Origin: Ascoidea asiatica JCM 7603
Taxonomy: Eukaryota; Fungi; Ascomycota
Length of the DNA stretch: 64,000 bases
Reading direction: 5' to 3'
Assembly (NCBI GenBank): GCA_001600695.1
Contig: BCKQ01000017.1
Location: forward strand, 222,629 to 286,628
Shown: one piece after another, positions 57,020 through 64,000 of the stretch
How positions within the stretch are numbered: the stretch's first letter is position 1
Layout of the letters: the number at the start of each line of letters is the position of its first letter
The notes under the pieces: generated by a model
What the model was told of the DNA's origin: nothing
The model's input: the letters and a program-made list of their open reading frames with translations, nothing else
The model's database searches: none
Translations under genes and position numbers: made by a program

Positions 57020-59470
57020 TTAAGCTCCAATGAGCTTGGCTGATAAAGCTTCCAAATCTTCTAACGTCTCTGGTTGCTCAAACTCTATTATTTCGTCCTC
57101 TACTGGGCTTTGCTCTTCACCTCCGATCTTGTTATTCTGGAACCATTTTGGTTTCTTAGAATTTCTATCTTCTTCACTTCCACTATCACTAATGTTCTCA
57201 TTAGAAGAGTAATCAGATTCTGGTGGACCAAGATAAACCACAGCTTCTTCCTTTTCGCTATCATTACCAAAATCATCCTCATCTCTTTCTCTTTCCTTTC
57301 TTTTTCTTTTCTTAGCCAATCTTTTTTCCCTAGCTAATTCTTTATCATCAATATCTGCCTTTGCCAATAATTCACTCTCCTTATTTACAAATTCTTTTTT
57401 TTGGGTTTTAGCATCACCTTTTTTGTGAAAGTCTTCTTCATTTTCTAACTCATATAGAGCATGAGCATTTCCTTCGTCATCAAATTTCAATTTGGTTGGA
57501 TTTCCTTTAGTATTCAACGAGGCCTTTTTACTCAATGCCTTTTTAGCAGCTCTTTTAGAAGATGGAAGGTCGGTATTTAATTCGTCATTATCTTCATTAC
57601 CTTCTTCCATTTCATCAGAATCTTTTAACTGATGGTTAATTCTTTTGAGAGTTAAAAAATCATCATCTTCATTTATATCATGATTATTGATTTTTTTATT
57701 TCCTTTAAATTCATTCTTCAAGTTACTTGTAGTTTCTTCTTTCTGTTCTGAATTTACTTTTAGATAATGCTCACTTAAAACTGTCTGATTTTGTCTTTCA
57801 AACATTTTATCATATTTAGTTCTTACTTTTTTATTTTCCTCTACTATTTCTCCATCTTCATTAGTTTTAGATAATTTCATCAATTGTCTTGAAGAGTTTT
57901 TAATTTCTTTATTTCTCAATATATCTTCGTTTGTTAATTTTTTAAACTTGATATTTGGAGAGCCTGGCAAGCCTAAAGATTGAGCAAAACTTTCGGATGG
58001 TAGCTCTTCAAATTTAAAAACATCTTTATCCTTCTGAATATAAATCGATTTAAAATATGAAATAAAAGCCTTTTGAGCTAAATATTTCAATTCAGGAGTT
58101 TTGAATAATAATCCTTGTAATTCAAGTTGAATATCTTTTTGCCTACTAGGCTTTATAATTAATTTTTTCAAGTTTTTAACATTTTTTTCGTCTAACTTTT
58201 CGATAAATTTAATTTCTGACGGCAATAACATTAATAAAGATTTACCATTTTTTCCAAATCGAGCAGATCTACCGACTCTATGAATATAAGTTGAAACATC
58301 TTCGGGGCAATCTAATTGAATAACCCATTGAATCGAAGGAAAATCTATACCTCTTGCAACAATATCTGTTGCGAAAAGACAAGCATTTGATGATTTAGAG
58401 AATTTAGAAGTTGTTTCCATTCTAGCAGTTTGTTTTTGTCTACCATGTAATTTCATTAATGGAATACCTGGTTGTAATTTACAAAATGTTTCATAAACAA
58501 AATGAACTTGCTTTGAAGTTGAGAAAAAAACTAAAATTTTTGATTTTAAATGAGATTTTAAAAAACTCCATAAGATATTTAATTTTTCATTAAGAGGTAA
58601 TATTATGAAATTTTGTTCTAAAGATTCAGGTGTTGCAGATAATGTGAGGGATTGTTTATTTATTGAAGATATTATTTTTTCACCATTTTGATCCGAACTA
58701 GAAGGTTCTGAAATAATCCCAGAATCCATTGAATCTGTATCAATATGAGTTGGATTGATCAATGAAAGCCTAGCTAAATCCTTAATAGAATTTGTTTGAG
58801 TAGCCGAGAATAATAAAGTTTGTCTTGAAGCAGGTAAATGAGATAAAATATTATCGAGAACCGATTTGAAACCCATATCTAGAATTCTATCAGCTTCATC
58901 TAACACTAACATTTGTAAATTTGAAACATTTAAACCATAAGATTGATCCAAATGCTGTAATATTCTACCAGGAGTTGCAATTAATATATTCATTTTACTT
59001 ATTCTTTCTTTTTCAAATTTAAAATCTTTGCCACCAATAACTAAACCTGCTGAGAAATAATTATTATATTTACCTATTTTTATTAAAACTTCATAAATTT
59101 GAACAGCTAATTCTCTTGTAGGGGTTAAAACTAATGCACCTAAACCATCAAATTCTGTCCATTTTTCTTTAAATAACTTTTCTATCAATGGTATTAAAAA
59201 ACAAAGTGTTTTTCCAGAACCAGTTCTGGCAGAAGCTAAAATATCTTTACCATAAAGAGTTTCAGGTAATGATTTTTTTTGAATATCTGTTAATGATATG
59301 AAACCAGAATTGGTTAAACCTCTTAATAAATCATGAGATATATTTAATTCTTTAAATTGAGTTGGATTAGGATTTATATTTTTCTCAACATCTTCATTTT
59401 TTTCAAGTGATTTTCTAGTATTATTTGTTCGCTTAACACCCTTTTTGTTTTTATTATGTTTCTTAGGCAT
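57020..59470 (-). CDS. DBP4: DEAD-box RNA helicase Dbp4/Hca4 (18S rRNA biogenesis)
   Basis: [29 protein letters not shown]; [12 protein letters not shown] and [20 protein letters not shown] typical of Dbp4. Confidence 0.96.
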   Translation of the reverse strand: MPKKHNKNKKGVKRTNNTRKSLEKNEDVEKNINPNPTQFKELNISHDLLRGLTNSGFISLTDIQKKSLPETLYGKDILASARTGSGKTLCFLIPLIEKLFKEKWTEFDGLGALVLTPTRELAVQIYEVLIKIGKYNNYFSAGLVIGGKDFKFEKERISKMNILIATPGRILQHLDQSYGLNVSNLQMLVLDEADRILDMGFKSVLDNILSHLPASRQTLLFSATQTNSIKDLARLSLINPTHIDTDSMDSGIISEPSSSDQNGEKIISSINKQSLTLSATPESLEQNFIILPLNEKLNILWSFLKSHLKSKILVFFSTSKQVHFVYETFCKLQPGIPLMKLHGRQKQTARMETTSKFSKSSNACLFATDIVARGIDFPSIQWVIQLDCPEDVSTYIHRVGRSARFGKNGKSLLMLLPSEIKFIEKLDEKNVKNLKKLIIKPSRQKDIQLELQGLLFKTPELKYLAQKAFISYFKSIYIQKDKDVFKFEELPSESFAQSLGLPGSPNIKFKKLTNEDILRNKEIKNSSRQLMKLSKTNEDGEIVEENKKVRTKYDKMFERQNQTVLSEHYLKVNSEQKEETTSNLKNEFKGNKKINNHDINEDDDFLTLKRINHQLKDSDEMEEGNEDNDELNTDLPSSKRAAKKALSKKASLNTKGNPTKLKFDDEGNAHALYELENEEDFHKKGDAKTQKKEFVNKESELLAKADIDDKELAREKRLAKKRKRKERERDEDDFGNDSEKEEAVVYLGPPESDYSSNENISDSGSEEDRNSKKPKWFQNNKIGGEEQSPVEDEIIEFEQPETLEDLEALSAKLIGA

Positions 59471-59880
59471 TACAATTTTTATTATTATTACTTTTCTTTT
59501 TTATTTCACCTTTTTTATAAGTATTCTGTATTTAATTTTAGTATTATTTTTCACAATTATTTCAAATTTGAAAAATAGAAAAAAAATATTTTTTTTGATG
59601 GTTTTAAGAAAGAAAAATAAAAGATCTGGAACCATTGTGATGGATCCAAACTTTGTATAAATAATAAATGAAGTTAACATTTACCGCACAGCAGTGATTA
59701 ACATTACTGTAACTAAATATATTACCGAAGTAATATTTCATTTGATAAATAATAAAGCTGTGAAGAAACAATTGATTTACAACGCAATTGAAGATTTGTT
59801 TGTAGAGAATATCAGAATATCAGAATATAAGAATATAAGAAATAAGGTAAAAAAAGAAAAGAAGGAAAGAAGAATTGAAT

Positions 59881-60651
59881 ATGGATGATTTTTATGCAAT
59901 TTATGATTTGGGACAAATAAGAAATATATTTAAAATAAAACTTGGACTAATTATATCATCATATGTATTACTTTTGATTAATATAATTGTAGGAATAATA
60001 TTAACGATAACAGTCCCAAGAGAAATATTTAAAAGTTCGATTATTGGATTATTTGATTTACTACCATTAGTTTATAGTTATAATGTAGAATTCAATCCAG
60101 AATTTGAAAGTGATCATTTTACACCAAGTTTAATGATTTTACCAAATTTAGTAATAATTTTATTAAATTTTATAATTTTAATATTTGTTTCAAATTTTTT
60201 GAATGAAGGAATAAATAATAAAATTAAGTTTACAGATGATATTATAAAATATATTAAATTGTATGGATTAACAAAAAATGCAATTAAAAATACAACAATA
60301 ATTTTAATTGTATCATTATCACTTACAATTTTAACGTTTATTGGAATTTTAATTACTGATTATATAACACTTAATGAGATTATAATCAATAATAAATTTA
60401 AAGAATTATTTAATAAAGGATGTCTTGTTAAAAGAAGACTTGGTAGAATTTCTATTAATTGTTGTTATATTTATGAATGTGAAAATGCAGATAATAAAAT
60501 TGGATTTAGAAATAATAATGATGAATTTAATAAAAAAGTTCATACAAATGATCTAAAAAGAAGAATGGCATGTCAAATATTTTCAAAAGCTTCTTTAAAA
60601 GGAAATGGATTTTACAGTTGTTCAAATAATTATCCTCCAAGATATCAATGA
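59881..60651 (+). CDS. Uncharacterised membrane protein (about 4 TM) with Cys-rich tail and terminal PPxY
   Basis: Open frame from ATG 59881 with typical AT-rich codon use; hydrophobic segments; ends NYPPRYQ. Confidence 0.75.
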   Translation: MDDFYAIYDLGQIRNIFKIKLGLIISSYVLLLINIIVGIILTITVPREIFKSSIIGLFDLLPLVYSYNVEFNPEFESDHFTPSLMILPNLVIILLNFIILIFVSNFLNEGINNKIKFTDDIIKYIKLYGLTKNAIKNTTIILIVSLSLTILTFIGILITDYITLNEIIINNKFKELFNKGCLVKRRLGRISINCCYIYECENADNKIGFRNNNDEFNKKVHTNDLKRRMACQIFSKASLKGNGFYSCSNNYPPRYQ

Positions 60652-61588
60652 AACTTACAATATTATTTTTATAATTCTAGCTTCCAAATATAGAAAGAAG
60701 AAGTAAGTAAATAAATTCAATGAAATTAATGAAATTGATGAAATAAAGCTTTGTACTGAATTCTTTATATATATTAAGTTAGTATTGTTAAGTAACGCCA
60801 ATGCCCCTACAATCAAATGGGTTCATTCATCAAAATCACCAGAAATTGATGTCAATGAGATCAGACGGATAGTGATTTTGGGGAGTAACCGTGCAGAAAG
60901 TCTCAGAGCCGTTGCAGGATCCAGAGGTCATGTGATGGTGGAAAATACCAGAAGAGTGGTAACTTCAAAAGCAGCATAAAGATTCCGGGTAAGAAAGGTA
61001 TCCTCAAAGGAAGAGCTCGACGAGAATTGCCTTGAAAGCAAGAGGAACTCCTCAAAACTAAACATAATGCCAAAGACAGACAATTTTCCGCCCCACTACC
61101 GAGGATACATTTATACTTTTTTACGTTCCGACTCAGACCCTTTACCGGATACTATTATCCAAATCGGGAAAATCTCACGATAACGATAAAAGTTTTTTGT
61201 TATTGAAGCTTTTTTCAGATAATAAAGATATTTCAAAAAGCAAAGGTGTAACTTAAGGGTATTTCAGAGGATATATTGATTGGCTGACCAATGGTTTATG
61301 ATTCTCGATTTATGATTGGGAAATTCATGAAATATGTTTCTCTATCCTAGAATTACTTAATTTAATTAGAGTGGTAATGATACTTTATTTGTTTTTCAAT
61401 TCCACTTCAAATCTCAATTTAAATCTCGATCAAAGAACGTTACTTAATTTTTTTGCATTGGACTATCCTTCACTATTTTTTTTAATTCTTTTATATAAAT
61501 TGATCTTTTTTTTCCTTTTATTTACATTTTGGTTCTCTTCTTCGATTATCAAATATTTTAATATTCTTTTTTCTTTCAGTAATAAATC

Positions 61589-62626
61589 ATGTCTACTGAA
61601 TCTAAAACTCCTAAAGTTCTATTAATAGGCCCCGGTGGGGTTGGAACTATGGTCGCCTTTGGTATAGATTATACTGGAAAAGCAGATTTATCATTAGTAG
61701 TTAGAAGAGATTATCCAGTTGTTTCAAAATCGGGTTATAATATAAACTCTTGTGATTATGGAATTTATAAAAATTGGAAACCAAAAAATTCAATTTACAA
61801 AAGCATTGATCAAGCTTTTGAAGGTGCTCCTTATAATTATATTATTTTATGTACAAAAAATTTACCAGATATAACTAAATTTGAAGATATTATTCAGCCT
61901 TTAGTTAATAATGAAACAGTTATTGTTTTAATACAAAATGGTTTTGGTAATCAAATTCCTTTTTTTAAAAAGTATCCAAATAATATCGTGTTAAGTGGTG
62001 TTACTCATATTGCTTCTCATAATTATTCTGGTAATGTTAATCAAACTCAACATGATTTAGTTTATTTGAGTTATTTTTATAATCAAAATTTATCAATAGA
62101 TTCTCAAAAAGTGGCTGCAAAAAAATTCATATCGATTTACTCAAACGATAAAAATGATATAATTTATCATCCTGATTATAAATATTGGAGATATAGAAAA
62201 TTAATTTACAATGCTACTGTTAATACTACTGCTGCTTTAACCGATGTTGATATTGGTAGATTAGATTATTGTGGTGGTTTAGATGATATTGTTTTACCTG
62301 CAATGAGAGAAGTTATAAAAATCGCAAAAACGGATGGTATTGATTTACCAAAGGATGCTATAAATGTTGGAATTCATGCTGATGATGGTGATTATTTTAA
62401 ACCATCAATGCAAGTTGATGTTGAAAAAGGAAACCCAATGGAAATTCAAGTTATTCTTGGTAATCTTTTAGATAAAGCTGAAGAATTAAAAGTTTCTGCT
62501 CCAACTTTATCAATTCTTTACAAATTATTAAAAATTGTTCAATTCAAATTAAAAGAGAAAGGTGGTTATATCCCTCCAATGCCAATGCCAAGACCGCTTG
62601 ATAATAAAGATAGGCTTTATGAATAA
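61589..62626 (+). CDS. 2-dehydropantoate 2-reductase (PanE/ApbA) family protein
   Basis: IGPGGVG Rossmann motif, LCTKN, LIQNG, YRKLIYNA (catalytic Lys), PSMQVDVEKGNPMEI (catalytic Glu). Confidence 0.92.
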   Translation: MSTESKTPKVLLIGPGGVGTMVAFGIDYTGKADLSLVVRRDYPVVSKSGYNINSCDYGIYKNWKPKNSIYKSIDQAFEGAPYNYIILCTKNLPDITKFEDIIQPLVNNETVIVLIQNGFGNQIPFFKKYPNNIVLSGVTHIASHNYSGNVNQTQHDLVYLSYFYNQNLSIDSQKVAAKKFISIYSNDKNDIIYHPDYKYWRYRKLIYNATVNTTAALTDVDIGRLDYCGGLDDIVLPAMREVIKIAKTDGIDLPKDAINVGIHADDGDYFKPSMQVDVEKGNPMEIQVILGNLLDKAEELKVSAPTLSILYKLLKIVQFKLKEKGGYIPPMPMPRPLDNKDRLYE

Positions 62627-62899
62627 TTTCTTATTTATTTTATTCCATAATCTGTATATTTAAAAGCTTTTATATACAATAATAATAATAACGCTACATC
62701 TATTAAAAAATGTTAAACCTTGTTCATTTATATTTACGGAAAATCAAAAAAAAAAAAAAATTTGAAAGTAAAAGTTTTAGAATCTTACCAATAGTTTTGA
62801 CAAATAAATTACTTTTCATACCATTTACTATTCAGGGAGAATAATAATAATAATAATAAGATGATAATAATAGTACTAATAATAACAATTAAAAAATGG

Positions 62900-64000
62900 T
62901 TATAATTGATCTTTTCCCGTTTTTAAATAGATTTCAGTTTTTTTTAAAATTTGCAACTTTTTACTTAACTTATCTTCAAATACTTCATTTGTAAATCTAT
63001 GATATACAAGGTCCATACCCCTTGATCTAAAATTTTCCCTTTCTCGTTCATCTAAGTTATAAGCCTTTAACATTACCTCACTCAATTCTTTAAAAGATTT
63101 TTTCTCTGAATTGGTTAAAGTGTAGTAATCTGGATCAGTTTCAGATTTGAAAAAAAAACCAGTATTTGCAATTCCTTTGGCATGAGTAAATTTATCCCAA
63201 GGAATACAAATATCAAGATATGGACCAGCAGAAGCATGAACAATTGGAATTAAACCATTTGCTAAATATTCAACAACCGATATACCAAAATGCTCATTCC
63301 ACATTGTATTTATACCGAATGTAGAAGTTTTAAAATATTCCAAAACTTTTGAATATTCTGCATTCAAGATAAATTCAACGAAAACTGAAATTTTCAATTC
63401 TCTTGTTAACTCAATTAACTTATCAACAAAATTTTTATCAATCTCATTTCTAATTGAACCAATTAAAATCAATTTTGGGTATCTATTTGCCTTTATTGTA
63501 TTTGGATCTATATTTGATAAATCAATATTCGGATATTTATTTAATAAAAATTTTGTAAACTCATGTATTAATAACTCATGTCTTTTTTCTGGTCTAAATT
63601 GAGCTAAATATAAGAAATATGGCATTCTATAATAAGTAATTAATTCATATTCTTCAGATAATGATGAAGTTGAATTATTTGTTGGATTCGTATTATTTTG
63701 AGAGATTAAGTTATCTAGATTATATTTAATTTGTTTTTGAGTTGCACATGGAGGATATAATATATCTAATCTATAAGGATTCATTTCATCAGTATTTTTT
63801 TTTTCATTTTTATGATTAGAATTTTCATTCAAAAACCAAATTTTTCTCAAGTGATTGTAAGTCCACGTTGAATTTGCTAATGGAATTGTAATATAACAAC
63901 CAACTATGGTATATAAAAGCATAAAAATTTTCCAATAAATAAATTTGAATAAAATTCTTGGATTTGAATAATTTTTAGATATATTTAATTTTGCCAACAT
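62900..64000 (-). CDS. ALG11: Alpha-1,2-mannosyltransferase Alg11, 3' part (N-terminus outside window)
   Basis: ANSTWT..H, LYPPC, AQFRPEKRH, MWNEHFGISVVEYLANGLIPIVHASAGP. Confidence 0.95.
   Translation of the reverse strand: MLAKLNISKNYSNPRILFKFIYWKIFMLLYTIVGCYITIPLANSTWTYNHLRKIWFLNENSNHKNEKKNTDEMNPYRLDILYPPCATQKQIKYNLDNLISQNNTNPTNNSTSSLSEEYELITYYRMPYFLYLAQFRPEKRHELLIHEFTKFLLNKYPNIDLSNIDPNTIKANRYPKLILIGSIRNEIDKNFVDKLIELTRELKISVFVEFILNAEYSKVLEYFKTSTFGINTMWNEHFGISVVEYLANGLIPIVHASAGPYLDICIPWDKFTHAKGIANTGFFFKSETDPDYYTLTNSEKKSFKELSEVMLKAYNLDERERENFRSRGMDLVYHRFTNEVFEDKLSKKLQILKKTEIYLKTGKDQL

Noticed and set aside
59560-59605. RRPE/PAC ribosome-biogenesis motifs upstream of DBP4
   Set aside because: Only partial matches (TGAAAAATAG, GATGG), uninformative in such AT-rich DNA
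1-64000. Transposons, LTRs, CRISPR arrays, rRNA, viral or plasmid insertions
   Set aside because: No transposase, RT or integrase ORFs, paired LTRs, repeat-spacer arrays or rRNA-like sequence seen by eye; solo LTRs cannot be excluded without a repeat search

Overview
A very AT-rich eukaryotic window from a budding yeast (Saccharomycotina), judged from the gene set, short spliceosomal introns and Asn/Lys-rich low-complexity proteins. The species cannot be determined from sequence alone; an Ascoidea-like lineage is only a guess. It holds about 21 protein-coding genes and one intron-containing tRNA-Ser(UGA), in order: a giant glycogenin running off the left edge (missed by the ORF track), a Zn2Cys6 transcription factor, MIR1, an atypical Rho-like protein, DSN1, TRS20 (spliced), a degenerate COMT-like protein, SKT5/CHS4, PTC6, two tandem ATO/Gpr1 transporters, a CTNNBL1 homologue (ATG-only first exon), a CYSTM protein (spliced), SLD7-like (3' intron), YIF1, the tRNA, a CDC25-type RasGEF, MSC1/Ish1, DBP4, an orphan 4-TM protein, a ketopantoate reductase-family gene and the 3' part of ALG11. 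I found no transposon, CRISPR array or rRNA, and no convincing multi-gene novel system. Best leads: (1) the >1,440-aa glycogenin with a Trp-studded charged helical rod, (2) two apparent pseudo-enzymes (Rho-like and COMT-like), and (3) several long inverted repeats in intergenic DNA, including a TATA-preceded structured segment between convergent genes that may be an unannotated ncRNA.
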